DNA of 64,000 nucleotides from Verrucomicrobiia bacterium. GTDB lineage: Bacteria; Verrucomicrobiota; Verrucomicrobiia; Palsa-1439. Below are positions 39,517-49,104 of the stretch, in pieces. Each line of letters opens with the position of its first letter. Position 1 is the stretch's first letter. Below the pieces are notes generated by a model. That model saw only the letters and a program-made list of their open reading frames with translations, searched no databases and was not told the origin of the DNA. The stretch covers positions 2,853 to 66,852 of the forward strand of contig JBKQMH010000024.1 of NCBI GenBank assembly GCA_052146795.1, given 5' to 3'. The translations under genes and the position numbers were made by a program.

Positions 39517-41588
39517 AACAACTCGTCCAGGATTTCAAGACCGGCGACATCAAGCTGGTCGACGTGCTGTCGCCAGCGCTGCCGCCGGGCTGCGTGCGCG
39601 TCCGCAACGCGTTCTCGTTGGTCAGCGCGGGCACGGAACGGGCGACGGTGAACCTGGCGCAGCAATCGCTGGTCGGCAAGGCGCGGTCGCGGCCGGATTT
39701 GGTCCGGCGCGTGATCGAGACGGTCAAGCGCGAGGGTCTTGCCGCGGCGGTACGCAAGGTCCAGTCGCAACTCGATCAGTGGAAAGCGCTGGGCTATTCG
39801 TGCGCCGGCACGATTATCGAGGTCGGCGAGGGCGTGACGGGATTGTCGGTCGGCGACCGCGTGGCGTGCGGCGGACAGGACTACGCGAGCCACGCCGAGG
39901 AGGTTGTGGTCCCGCAGAACCTCTGCGCGAAATTGCCGGAAGGCGTGGCGCTGGAGCACGCGGTGTTTACCACGCTCGGCGCGATTGCCATGCAGGGTGT
40001 GCGGCAGGCCGATGCGCGTCTGGGGGAATCCGTCGCAGTGATCGGCCTGGGGTTGGTCGGGCAATTGACCGCGCAGATCCTGAAGGCGGCGGGTTGCGTC
40101 GTGCTGGGAATCGACGTGAGTGCCGAGGCCTGTGAGTTGGCCACGCGGTGCGGCTGCGACGCAGTGGCGACGCGTACCAGTGGCGACATCGAGCGCCTGG
40201 CGGCCCGGTTGACGAACGGGTTCGGAGTGGACGCGGCAATCATTGCGGCGGCGGCGCCGACGAACGACCCGATTGAATTGGCCGCGAAGATTTGCCGCGA
40301 GCGGGGTCGGGTGGTGATGGTCGGCGTGACGGGGATGGAGCTTCCGCGCGATCTGTTCTACGAGAAGGAACTCGAATTCAGGCTGTCCCGCAGCTACGGC
40401 CCGGGACGATACGATCCGCTCTACGAAGAAAAAGGCGTGGATTACCCGATTGGTTACGTCCGCTGGACCGAGCAACGGAACATGGAAGCGTTCGTCCAGT
40501 TGCTGGCCGGCAAACGCGTGGACGTCACGCCGCTGATGACGCATACATTCGCGATTGAGGACGCGCCAAAGGCCTACGAGTTGATCACGGGGAAGACCCA
40601 GGAGCGATTTGTGGGCGTGCTCCTGAAATACCCGATCGGAGAAGGGCGGGGCGCGAAACGGGCAACGATGGCGACGAGTGCTTCATCGGCGGCCCGCCAT
40701 TCGTCGGTGGTGCTTGGCGTGATTGGCGCCGGGAATTACGCGCAGAGCGTCCTGTTGCCGCAATTCAAAGCGAACGCGGACGTGACGTTGCGGACGGTGT
40801 GCACGGCCACGGGCGTGAAAGCGGAAAAGGCGAAAGAGAAATTTGGGTTTGAAACCAGCACCACCAACTGGCGCGACGTATTGGCGGACAAGGCGGTGAA
40901 TACGGTACTGATCGCGACGCGGCACGACTTGCACGCGGAGATCGTCATGGAAGCGTTGCGGGCTGGAAAAACGGTGTTTTGCGAGAAGCCACTGTGTCTG
41001 CGCGCCGAGGAACTCGACGAAATTACCAGTGTGATCCAGACGAGCGGCAACTCGCGGTTGACGGTGGGATTCAATCGGCGGTTTGCGCCGTTTGCCGCGC
41101 GGGCGCGTGGACTGGCGGGACCGTTGGTGATGCGCTATCGCGTGAGCGTGCAGCCGTTGCCGTCGGACCATTGGATCAATGACCCGGCGGCCGGCGGCGG
41201 TCGCATCCTCGGCGAGGTGTGCCATTTCATCGATTTCCTGCGGTTTACAGCGCGATCGCGAGTGGTCTCGGTGTTCGCGCAGGGATTTGGCGGCGAGAAC
41301 GTGCAGGTCGCGCTCCGATTCGCCGATGGATCAGTGGGATCGATCGATTACTTCAACATCGCCGACGCAGCATTGAAAAAGGAACAAGTCGAAGTGTTCG
41401 CGGGCGGCAAGCACATGATCGAAGACGATTTTCGTGAGAAGGGCCAAGCGGAGGAAGTGAGGCAGTTCGTGCACGCCGTGAAAACGGGCGGGCCGATGCC
41501 GATTCCGCTGGAAGAGATTGTGGACAGCACGCGGGCGACGCTGGCGGTGATGGAATCGATCCGGACAGGACGGGCGATCGAACTGTAA
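39513..41588 (+). CDS. Bi-domain oxidoreductase: N-terminal MDR Zn-dependent alcohol dehydrogenase-like domain fused to a C-terminal Gfo/Idh/MocA domain.
   Basis: GTG start overlapping the previous stop (GTGA). VIGLGLVGQ Rossmann motif, followed by VLGVIGAGNYAQS. Confidence 0.75.
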   Translation: MKQLVQDFKTGDIKLVDVLSPALPPGCVRVRNAFSLVSAGTERATVNLAQQSLVGKARSRPDLVRRVIETVKREGLAAAVRKVQSQLDQWKALGYSCAGTIIEVGEGVTGLSVGDRVACGGQDYASHAEEVVVPQNLCAKLPEGVALEHAVFTTLGAIAMQGVRQADARLGESVAVIGLGLVGQLTAQILKAAGCVVLGIDVSAEACELATRCGCDAVATRTSGDIERLAARLTNGFGVDAAIIAAAAPTNDPIELAAKICRERGRVVMVGVTGMELPRDLFYEKELEFRLSRSYGPGRYDPLYEEKGVDYPIGYVRWTEQRNMEAFVQLLAGKRVDVTPLMTHTFAIEDAPKAYELITGKTQERFVGVLLKYPIGEGRGAKRATMATSASSAARHSSVVLGVIGAGNYAQSVLLPQFKANADVTLRTVCTATGVKAEKAKEKFGFETSTTNWRDVLADKAVNTVLIATRHDLHAEIVMEALRAGKTVFCEKPLCLRAEELDEITSVIQTSGNSRLTVGFNRRFAPFAARARGLAGPLVMRYRVSVQPLPSDHWINDPAAGGGRILGEVCHFIDFLRFTARSRVVSVFAQGFGGENVQVALRFADGSVGSIDYFNIADAALKKEQVEVFAGGKHMIEDDFREKGQAEEVRQFVHAVKTGGPMPIPLEEIVDSTRATLAVMESIRTGRAIEL

Positions 41589-41594
41589 CCGCTG

Positions 41595-42644
41595 ATGAAC
41601 CCACCGAAGATGTCCAAGGCGGTCGCCACCCAAGGCAAACGATTTCGCGACGTCTGGCAGCAGTTACACGAGTACGGCACGTCGCGCGGTTGGCGCGGGT
41701 ATGACCCGTACGACGGATTAAACTCACCACTCGCGCGCTTGTTGCCGGGAAAACTGGCGCGTCAAGCCTGGACGCAGTTGCATCGGCGCAGCCCGGTTAA
41801 TCTGCGGCCATTGTGCGGGATCCAACCGACACTCAACCCCAAAGCGCTGGCGCTGGCCGCGCTCGGGAGCCGGGACGAAAGATTGTTGGATCAACTCGAG
41901 TCGCTGCGAACGCCGCAAGGCGGCTGGGGATATCCGTTCGCCTGGCAATCACGGGCGTTTTTTGCGCCGCGCGGGACGCCCAATCTCATTTGCACGGCGT
42001 TCGCCGCGCGGGCCTACGAGCGAATGGGACGGAAATGCGACGTGAGCTTTCTGGAAAGGCAGTTACTGCGCGAGCGAGACGGCGAATGCTGGCTGTCGTA
42101 TGTGCCGCATTCCGACACGCAGGTGCACAACGTCAACATGATCGGCGCCACGTTGCTGGGACGGCGCGATTGCATGGAGTTTTCGGTCAAGCGCCAGCGA
42201 GTGGACGGTTCGTGGTGGTACGGAGAGTCTGAGAACCAGCATTGGATCGACAATTTTCACACGGGATACAGCCTCGTGGCGCTGAAAGATTACGAGAAGC
42301 GATCCGGCGACGGCAGTTTTGCGGACAGCGCGGAGCGCGGGTTTGCGTTTTGGGAGAAATCATTTTGGCGGACGGATGGCGCGCCGCGGTATTACCACAA
42401 CGAAGACTACCCGTTTGACACCCACTGCAGCGCGCAGGGAATCCTGACATTCCTGGCTTTCGGGCGCGTCGAGAAGGCCGTTCAGGCAGCGGAATGGGCC
42501 GTGGAAAACATGTGGGACAAGCGAGGTTTTTTCTGGTATCAATGCGGACGCCGTGGGACCAACCGTTTGAGCTACATCCGGTGGACACAAGCGTGGATGT
42601 ACTACGCCTTGGCGGAATTGCTTTCGATGATTGAGCGGACATGA
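41595..42644 (+). CDS. Hypothetical protein, possibly an (alpha/alpha)-toroid fold (QGGWGY and DGSWWY motifs).
   Basis: 349 aa, soluble, inside the operon. Functional assignment uncertain. Confidence 0.4.
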   Translation: MNPPKMSKAVATQGKRFRDVWQQLHEYGTSRGWRGYDPYDGLNSPLARLLPGKLARQAWTQLHRRSPVNLRPLCGIQPTLNPKALALAALGSRDERLLDQLESLRTPQGGWGYPFAWQSRAFFAPRGTPNLICTAFAARAYERMGRKCDVSFLERQLLRERDGECWLSYVPHSDTQVHNVNMIGATLLGRRDCMEFSVKRQRVDGSWWYGESENQHWIDNFHTGYSLVALKDYEKRSGDGSFADSAERGFAFWEKSFWRTDGAPRYYHNEDYPFDTHCSAQGILTFLAFGRVEKAVQAAEWAVENMWDKRGFFWYQCGRRGTNRLSYIRWTQAWMYYALAELLSMIERT

Positions 42645-43750
42645 TGAAAATGCGGATTGTCAACATAGTCGGGGCGCGGCCCAACTTCATGAAGATGGCG
42701 CCGCTGATGGAGGAGTACGCGCGCCATCCGGAGGATTTTGCGCCGGTGCTGGTGCATACAGGCCAGCACTACGATGACAACATGTCGAAGCTGTTTTTCG
42801 AGGAGTTGCGCCTGCCGAAACCGGATGTGTACCTCGGGGTCGGCTCCGGGTCGCACGCCGAGCAGACCGCGCGGGTGATGATCGAACTGGAGAAGCTGCT
42901 CGTGGCGGACCGTCCGGATCTGGTGATGGTCGTTGGCGACGTGAACTCGACGCTGGCCGCCGCGTTGGTCGCGGCCAAGCTGTGCATTCCACTGGCGCAC
43001 GTCGAGGCGGGTCTGCGGAGTTTCGACCGGACCATGCCGGAGGAGATCAACCGCGTGGTGACGGATACGCTGAGCGATTATTGCTTCACGACCTGTGCGG
43101 ATGCGAACGAGAACCTCCTGCGGGAGGGAATCGCCAGGGAAAAGATATTCTTTGTGGGCAACGTGATGATCGACACGTTGCTGAAACTGCGGGACGAAAG
43201 CCTCAAGTCGGACATTCGCAAGGAACTGCGGTTGGACTCCGAATACGGGTATGTGACGTTGCACCGGGCCAGCAATGTGGATTCGAAAGAGGTGCTCTCG
43301 GGGATCCTTTCGGCGCTGGAATCGATCCAACAGCGACTGCCGCTGGCATTTCCGGTGCATCCCAGGACCGGTGCTCGACTGAAAGAGTTCGGCTTTTGGG
43401 ACCGGGTAAACCGATGGCCGAATATCAGGATTGTCGGGCCGCTGGGCTATCTGGATTCGTTGTGTCTCATGGCTGGCGCGAAGCTTGTCCTGAGCGATTC
43501 GGGCGGTATCCAGGAAGAGACGACTGTGCTTGGCGTTCCGTGCCTGACCCTTCGCAATAACACCGACCGTCCCGTGACCGTGACCGAGGGCACAAGCACT
43601 CTCGTCGGAACAGCCCAAGAGAAAATCATTACTGAAGCCGTAAAGATCATTGACGGAAATCGCAAGAATGGTCGCGTCCCAAAGTATTGGGATGGCAAAG
43701 CGGCGTCGCGAATCGCCAGATGCCTGTTGGAGCATCCGCCTGGCAAGTGA
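42641..43750 (+). CDS. wecB: UDP-N-acetylglucosamine 2-epimerase (non-hydrolyzing).
   Basis: MRIVNIVGARPNFMKMAPL...HTGQHYD. ATGA overlap. Confidence 0.9.
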   Translation: MMKMRIVNIVGARPNFMKMAPLMEEYARHPEDFAPVLVHTGQHYDDNMSKLFFEELRLPKPDVYLGVGSGSHAEQTARVMIELEKLLVADRPDLVMVVGDVNSTLAAALVAAKLCIPLAHVEAGLRSFDRTMPEEINRVVTDTLSDYCFTTCADANENLLREGIAREKIFFVGNVMIDTLLKLRDESLKSDIRKELRLDSEYGYVTLHRASNVDSKEVLSGILSALESIQQRLPLAFPVHPRTGARLKEFGFWDRVNRWPNIRIVGPLGYLDSLCLMAGAKLVLSDSGGIQEETTVLGVPCLTLRNNTDRPVTVTEGTSTLVGTAQEKIITEAVKIIDGNRKNGRVPKYWDGKAASRIARCLLEHPPGK

Positions 43751-44502
43751 AAGTGCCTCCTTCAGAGAAGGTTACGCTTTTTGGCGTCCCGATTGACAAC
43801 CTCACGATGGCGGAGGTGGTCGATCGCATTGAAGCGATGGTCCGGGATGGGGGGATTCACCAGCACGTGGTTGTCAACGTGGACAAAATTGTCAAGATGC
43901 AGTCGAATCCAAGTCTGCGGCAGACAATTCTAGATTGTGACCTTATCACAGTCGACGGACAGCCAGTGATTTGGGTTTCCAAATTATTCAAATGTCCTAT
44001 CAAAGAACGGGTTACGGGGGTAGATTTGTTCAATGCATTGATGGCGCGGTGTGGGGAGCGTGGACTTCGACCATACCTACTGGGTGCGCGTCAGGAAATC
44101 GTGGCAAAGGTGGTGGACGTGCTGAAAGCCAGGTATCCAAAGCTTGATCTGGCTGGTTGGCGAAATGGCTATTGGACGGCTGACGAAGAGGACAATATTG
44201 TACAGGCAATCAAGCAGGCCAAGCCGGATGTGCTCTGCATGGCTCTCGGGTCTCCGAAACAGGAGCTGTTCCTGGGAAAATGGAAGCAGGAAATGCGCGT
44301 GCCGTTCGTGATGGGGGTGGGTGGCAGCTTTGACGTAACGGCCGGAGTTCTGCGGCGTGCGCCGCAGTGGATGCAGCGATTGGGGTTGGAGTGGTTGTTC
44401 CGTTTGGCACAAGAGCCGCGGCGGCTTTGGCGGCGCTACTTGAATGAGGACATGGCGTTTTTCCGGTTGGTATGGCGGGAATGGCGGGCGAAACGGTCCT
44501 AG
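43747..44502 (+). CDS. WecG/TagA/CpsF family glycosyltransferase (GT26).
   Basis: LFGVPIDNLTMAEVVDRI...CMALGSPKQE. GTG overlapping the wecB stop. Alternative ATG at 43720. Confidence 0.8.
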   Translation: MKVPPSEKVTLFGVPIDNLTMAEVVDRIEAMVRDGGIHQHVVVNVDKIVKMQSNPSLRQTILDCDLITVDGQPVIWVSKLFKCPIKERVTGVDLFNALMARCGERGLRPYLLGARQEIVAKVVDVLKARYPKLDLAGWRNGYWTADEEDNIVQAIKQAKPDVLCMALGSPKQELFLGKWKQEMRVPFVMGVGGSFDVTAGVLRRAPQWMQRLGLEWLFRLAQEPRRLWRRYLNEDMAFFRLVWREWRAKRS

Positions 44503-44574
44503 GGATGGGAATGAATGTCGTTTCCCGCTTGCCTTTTCGGTTGGTTTCACAAGAATAGCCCGACGCACTTTTGA

Positions 44575-44595
44575 CCCCGACATCGGATGTCGGGG
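44575..44595 (+). promoter_or_regulatory. Perfect 9-bp stem, 3-nt loop hairpin (CCCCGACAT cgg ATGTCGGGG) between the WecG-family gene and the TPR gene.
   Basis: Seen directly in the sequence. No U-tract follows on either strand. Confidence 0.4.
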
Positions 44596-44608
44596 TTGAC
44601 GGAGGATC

Positions 44609-45322
44609 ATGGCACGAGAAGCGCAAGACGACTTACGAATAACGGACCAATTTGATTTTGAGGTGTTTTGGGAGAAGCACGGAAAGCAGATCACGGGCGG
44701 AGTGATAGCCGTTGCCGCGTTCGGTCTGTTACTTCTCTACTGGCAGCACCAAGCGAATTATCAGGTCGAACAGGCTAACGAGAACTTGGCGCATGCGACG
44801 GATTCAGCGTCACTGCAGGCGGTCGCGCGCGATTTTCCCAAGTCGCCAGTGGCACCCGAGGCACTGGCGCGGCTCGCGGATTTGTTTTACCGGAATGGCC
44901 GATATCCCGAAGCCGCAAGTACTTACCAATCACTCATCAGGGATTTTCCCAGTCATCCGCTGGCCGTGTCGGGCAAGTTGGGTTTGGCGGAGGTCTTGGA
45001 GGCACAGGGCAACACCGACGGCGCCAAGGCCCAGTACTCGCAGATCATAAACTCGGGACCGAACAGCTATATTGCGAATGCCGCCAAGATGGGGCTGGCA
45101 CGGTGCCTGGAGGTACAAGGCCAAAAGAAGGAGGCACGGCAACTGTACGAGGAGTTGCTGGCGGTAGGTCAAAACTCCCCGTGGTTTGAGAAGGCCTATC
45201 TCCGCATGGTGGTACTCAATCGCGATGTGCCTCCAGAAAAGGCCGATCAACCTTCGGCAAACCCGTCGCCCGCACCCGTGTCGGGGGGGCCACAATTGCC
45301 ACCAACATCCGGGTCGCCGTAG
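44609..45322 (+). CDS. Membrane-anchored tetratricopeptide-repeat protein (YfgM/YbgF-like).
   Basis: N-terminal transmembrane segment, TPR-like helical repeats, Pro-rich tail. GGAGGA Shine-Dalgarno. Confidence 0.6.
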   Translation: MAREAQDDLRITDQFDFEVFWEKHGKQITGGVIAVAAFGLLLLYWQHQANYQVEQANENLAHATDSASLQAVARDFPKSPVAPEALARLADLFYRNGRYPEAASTYQSLIRDFPSHPLAVSGKLGLAEVLEAQGNTDGAKAQYSQIINSGPNSYIANAAKMGLARCLEVQGQKKEARQLYEELLAVGQNSPWFEKAYLRMVVLNRDVPPEKADQPSANPSPAPVSGGPQLPPTSGSP

Positions 45323-45340
45323 CCCCGTTTATTTCGTGAC

Positions 45341-45368
45341 TTGACATACTTCCGTCTATTTCTATACT
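45341..45368 (+). promoter_or_regulatory. Promoter P1: TTGACA, 16 nt, TATACT.
   Basis: Near-consensus sigma70 elements. The first of two tandem diverged copies, each followed by a GCCAATT.ACG..GGAGGTT leader motif. Confidence 0.55.
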
Positions 45369-45453
45369 CGGCGCCAATTGACGGGAGGACAAGAGGTTGC
45401 GCTGTTTTGCGCCAAGTGTGCGCAAACACGCTGAGAACCTCGGGAAAACGGGC

Positions 45454-45481
45454 TTGACACATTTGGGGTGTGGCCTATACT
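45454..45481 (+). promoter_or_regulatory. Promoter P2: TTGACA, 16 nt, TATACT.
   Basis: Second copy, 113 bp downstream of P1 and about 165 nt upstream of the outer-membrane protein start codon. Confidence 0.55.
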
Positions 45482-45647
45482 CCCGCCAATTACGTTAGGA
45501 AAGGGAGGTTCGGTTCCGCTTCGGTATGGAGTTTTGCAGTACCACGGCAATGGAGGATTGTCGTTGAAGCGGAGGATCTCTGACAAATGAAATCAAGGAC
45601 TTGTGTTGTTGTAGCACAACGAACGTAAACAACCAAAGGAGGACACA

Positions 45648-47126
45648 GTGAAAAAACTATGGCTAGTAGTCGCGCTGGCAACCTTGGGGGGATTGGCCAG
45701 TAAGACATTCGCCGATGTCCAGAATATCCGCCTCAGCGGGGACATCCGTATCCGCGGGTATTTTCTCGATAGCGCGGGTGGTGATATCCCCGATGGTGCA
45801 CCGTACGCGCCAATCAAGGGAAGCACCACGATCATTGAACAACGAACGCGGGTGTCGGTGGAAGCCGACCTTGAAGACCACGTGCTCGTCGTGGTGACCC
45901 TGCAGGCCGAAGGTCAGTGGGGCGCCGACAACGGCGTAGGCGCTACGGGAGCAGGAACGGGAAATGCCAACGGTACTTCCTTGGATTCATCGGGCAATCC
46001 GAACGCATCTGGGAACAAGATCGCCCGTCTGTGGGGAGTGGGCGTTGCCGAGGCATACGTTCAGTTCAATGAAGTGTTCTACACACCCGCCACGCTCAAG
46101 CTGGGTCGCCAGTACCTGCAATACGGTCGCGGGTTGATCCTCAGCAGCGTGGAACAGGAATACAACTATGACGCCGCCCGGCTCGTGCTCGACTACTATC
46201 CGTTGACGATTGACATCGTCGGCGCCGAGGTGGTCAACAACCAGAGCTTTGGGGGCACACCAAACAAAGCCCTCCAAGGCGCGACGGTGCCGCCGCCGCT
46301 AGGCGCGAGCGATCTATTGTTCGTCAATGCGCGCTATGAGCTGAGCGACTCCGCCATTAAAGACGTCGAAGCGTACCTCGGTTGGCTTTCGCAGAGCGCG
46401 AATAATCTGATCTCAGAAAGCCGTGTGCCTGCGACGCTGGCAGCCAGTTCCCCAATCATTGTCGGGTTGCGCGCCGACATCAATCCAGTGGATGCGCTCC
46501 AGACTTGGTGGGAAGCCGCTTATGAGTTTGGCGCCAATGGCAGTGGTGTTGCCGGTGCCGGTGATAATGGAGGCACGATCGGGGCGTTTCTTCTGAACGC
46601 GGGTGGTAAGTACACGTTCAAGGACGTGCAGTGGGTACCGGTATTGAATGGAAACTTCATTTACGCATCTGGTGGCGGCGATGGCCAGGAAGTCTCGGGT
46701 GCTGGAAATGCCCAGTTCCGCCCATGGTTCGACTACGCGGACGGGTACAATGGTTATCTGTTCGAACCAGCCCTGTCGGATATTGCCATCTTCAACCTGG
46801 GCGCATCGGTGAAGCCGTACGAGAACACCACGCTCTCGCTCCAAAGTTACTACTACATGAAGGCCGACAAGGCTGGCCTTGCCGGCAGCAACGGCAACGT
46901 TGACTGGGGCGGCCCGACGTGGGCTGCGCCCGCTGTCGGCTCCACCGGCAACGACAACGGTCTCGGGTGGGAATTGGATGGCATCCTCGGCTACGACTAC
47001 AGCAAGGACGTTCGTGCGCAGCTTGTCTACGGCGTGTTCTTGCCAGGGGACGCCTATCGCAACGCAGCGGTACAGGTAACCCGCGCGGCGGAGGAAGTCC
47101 GAGCCGAACTCAATGTGAAGTTCTAG
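45648..47126 (+). CDS. Outer-membrane beta-barrel protein (porin-like).
   Basis: GTG start with an AAGGAGGA Shine-Dalgarno sequence. Signal peptide MKKLWLVVALATLGGLASKTFA. Gly/Asn/Tyr-rich. C-terminal ...ELNVKF (terminal Phe). Confidence 0.55.
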   Translation: MKKLWLVVALATLGGLASKTFADVQNIRLSGDIRIRGYFLDSAGGDIPDGAPYAPIKGSTTIIEQRTRVSVEADLEDHVLVVVTLQAEGQWGADNGVGATGAGTGNANGTSLDSSGNPNASGNKIARLWGVGVAEAYVQFNEVFYTPATLKLGRQYLQYGRGLILSSVEQEYNYDAARLVLDYYPLTIDIVGAEVVNNQSFGGTPNKALQGATVPPPLGASDLLFVNARYELSDSAIKDVEAYLGWLSQSANNLISESRVPATLAASSPIIVGLRADINPVDALQTWWEAAYEFGANGSGVAGAGDNGGTIGAFLLNAGGKYTFKDVQWVPVLNGNFIYASGGGDGQEVSGAGNAQFRPWFDYADGYNGYLFEPALSDIAIFNLGASVKPYENTTLSLQSYYYMKADKAGLAGSNGNVDWGGPTWAAPAVGSTGNDNGLGWELDGILGYDYSKDVRAQLVYGVFLPGDAYRNAAVQVTRAAEEVRAELNVKF

Positions 47127-47151
47127 TCTTACCACAAGGCAAGCAACTGCC

Positions 47152-47190
47152 GAAGGCCCCCCGCAACTGCGGGGGGCCTTCGTTTTGTCT
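47152..47190 (+). terminator. Rho-independent terminator.
   Basis: GAAGGCCCCCCGC aact GCGGGGGGCCTTC followed by GTTTTGTCT. Confidence 0.8.
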
Positions 47191-47228
47191 GGGCCGCACC
47201 GCGTCCGGTGTGCTTTCATTCAAGCGTC

Positions 47229-47762
47229 ATGACCGAGGAAATCTTTGATGTTGTTGACCACCGCGATCAGGTCGTCGGCACGGCGACGCGCTCTCACGTT
47301 CACGCGCAAAGACTACGTCATCGAGCCGTGCATGTGTTTCTCTTCAATCTCAAGGGCGAACTCTTCATTCAAAGACGGGCGGCCACAAAAGACTCGTTTC
47401 CAGGATGTTACGATTCGAGCGCCTCGGGCCACCTGAACAGCGGCGAGGATTACGACCGGTGCGCGAAACGTGAACTTCAAGAGGAGCTGGGACTGGTTCT
47501 GCCAGCACACCGGTTTCTCAAGCACTTTAAGATCGAGGCCTGTGAGGATACGGGCTGGGAGTTCGTTTGGGTTTACAGTGTGGCTTCGGACGAACAACCC
47601 AGAATCAACCTCGACGAGCTGGAGTCCGGCGAGTTCTGGACGCAGCAGCACTGCCAATCAATGCTGGCTTCGTATCCCGAGCAGTTCGCCCGCAGTTTCC
47701 CGCTGGTTTTCAAGGAATTCGATCGGCGACGCCTTAGGCCGGCCGCACCCAAACCGGGCTAG
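47229..47762 (+). CDS. NUDIX hydrolase.
   Basis: Nudix box GHLNSGEDYDRCAKRELQEELG. Confidence 0.75.
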   Translation: MTEEIFDVVDHRDQVVGTATRSHVHAQRLRHRAVHVFLFNLKGELFIQRRAATKDSFPGCYDSSASGHLNSGEDYDRCAKRELQEELGLVLPAHRFLKHFKIEACEDTGWEFVWVYSVASDEQPRINLDELESGEFWTQQHCQSMLASYPEQFARSFPLVFKEFDRRRLRPAAPKPG

Positions 47763-47859
47763 AACCGAAACCGTTGCAAACCACCGGCGTTTCTCGTATA
47801 CAGGGGACAGCCGGGCCGGTTGGGTCATCGTGCCCACTTGACGAGAGCACAGGAGATTT

Positions 47860-48165
47860 ATGCCGACAGTGGAATTCTTGAATGCAGGCAAGAAAGTGGA
47901 TTGCGGGCAATACGCGAACCTCCGCAAGGTCGCGCTGCTGCATGATGTTCCCGTGTACAAGGGCATCGATGAGAAAATCAATTGCCAGGGGAACGGCTTG
48001 TGCGGCACGTGCATCGTCGAGGTTGTGGAAGGGGCCGGGAATCTTTCACCGAAAACGCGCCGCGAAAAGCTGCGATTGAAGGGCCAGCCGGCCAATCGGC
48101 GCCTGAGCTGCCAGTGTCAAGTCATGGGGGATGTCACGTGCATTACCTCGCCCGCCTTGGATTGA
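47860..48165 (+). CDS. 2Fe-2S ferredoxin-like protein.
   Basis: CQGNGLCGTC...C cysteine pattern. AGGAG Shine-Dalgarno. Confidence 0.7.
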   Translation: MPTVEFLNAGKKVDCGQYANLRKVALLHDVPVYKGIDEKINCQGNGLCGTCIVEVVEGAGNLSPKTRREKLRLKGQPANRRLSCQCQVMGDVTCITSPALD

Positions 48166-48282
48166 CCTGGGAACATGACTTGCCTAGGACCACCCCGACG
48201 CGGTAAACTGGCGCTTTATGCAGGTCGCGTCACGGATGGGAGAACGCAGCGCTGAAATGGGAGCTTGATTAAGGGGTCGTTT

Positions 48283-48918
48283 ATGGATTTGAAACCAGCG
48301 ACGGAACTGCGCGCAGTCACGAGAAATCTCTACGGCTGGGCCAGCTTTCACCCCCAGTGGAAGACCGATTTCAATAGTTACGCGCTGAGAACGTCCGAGG
48401 GGGTCGTCTTTGTGGATCCGCTGAAGCCGGATCCTGAAGTGATCAAGAAACTGGAAGCGCTCGGCGAACCCATCGGGATTCTCCTGACCAACGCCCACCA
48501 TAACCGCGACGCGGACTGGTTCCGCAAACAGTACGAGATTCAGGTGTACGCCCATGAAAAGGCGAAGGCGGATTGTGAGACGAGCATCGATGTCCTGCTG
48601 ATGGATGGCGAGCGCCTGCCGGGCGGGGTAAAAGCCGTGCATCTACCCGGCAGTTCGGAAGGCGAGATGGCCTACTACGCAAAATCCAGCGGCGGCATCG
48701 TCCTGATGGGAGACACCCTGGTCAATCAACGCGGCAAGGGATTGACGCTGCTGTCGGACGCCTACATCGAAGACAAAAAGCAAATGTTGCAGTCGCTCCA
48801 AAAACTTCTCGAATTGGACTTCAAGATCGCCACATTCGCCCATGGCGATCCGATTGTCCAGGACGCCAGGAAAGCCATTGCCCGCTTCGTGAAAAAACCA
48901 AAAAAGAATGCCCCATGA
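48283..48918 (+). CDS. MBL-fold metallo-hydrolase.
   Basis: LLTNAHHNRDADW (H.H.D motif). AAGGGG Shine-Dalgarno. Confidence 0.7.
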   Translation: MDLKPATELRAVTRNLYGWASFHPQWKTDFNSYALRTSEGVVFVDPLKPDPEVIKKLEALGEPIGILLTNAHHNRDADWFRKQYEIQVYAHEKAKADCETSIDVLLMDGERLPGGVKAVHLPGSSEGEMAYYAKSSGGIVLMGDTLVNQRGKGLTLLSDAYIEDKKQMLQSLQKLLELDFKIATFAHGDPIVQDARKAIARFVKKPKKNAP

Positions 48919-49037
48919 GCCAACAATACAATAAAGTCGAAAAACGCCGCCGCCGCACCGCCTACCTCAGACGCCGCAAGGCGCGCCAGAAGAAGTCCGC
49001 CCCCAAAGCCGCCTCATCCGCCACTGCCGCACGCTGA
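48915..49037 (+). CDS. Small highly basic protein of 40 aa (MSQQYNKVEKRRRRTAYLRRRKARQKKSAPKAASSATAAR), translationally coupled.
   Basis: ATG overlaps the MBL gene stop (ATGA). It is below the length cut-off of the supplied ORF track. Confidence 0.3.
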   Translation: MSQQYNKVEKRRRRTAYLRRRKARQKKSAPKAASSATAAR

Positions 49038-49104
49038 CTGACTCTGTTCTGTGCGGGGTGTCGCGAGGAAGCGTGATGCCCCAAGTTAAGTTTACTCAGG
49101 CCCA

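Noticed and set aside
42602-43735. Long antisense ORFs, for example 42602..43735(-), 54345..55889(-), 49138..50157(+), 4299..5564(+), 16603..17583(-) and 35295..35996(-).
   Set aside because: They run opposite to well-supported genes and have Arg/Gly/Pro/His-rich compositions characteristic of antisense frames in high-GC DNA.
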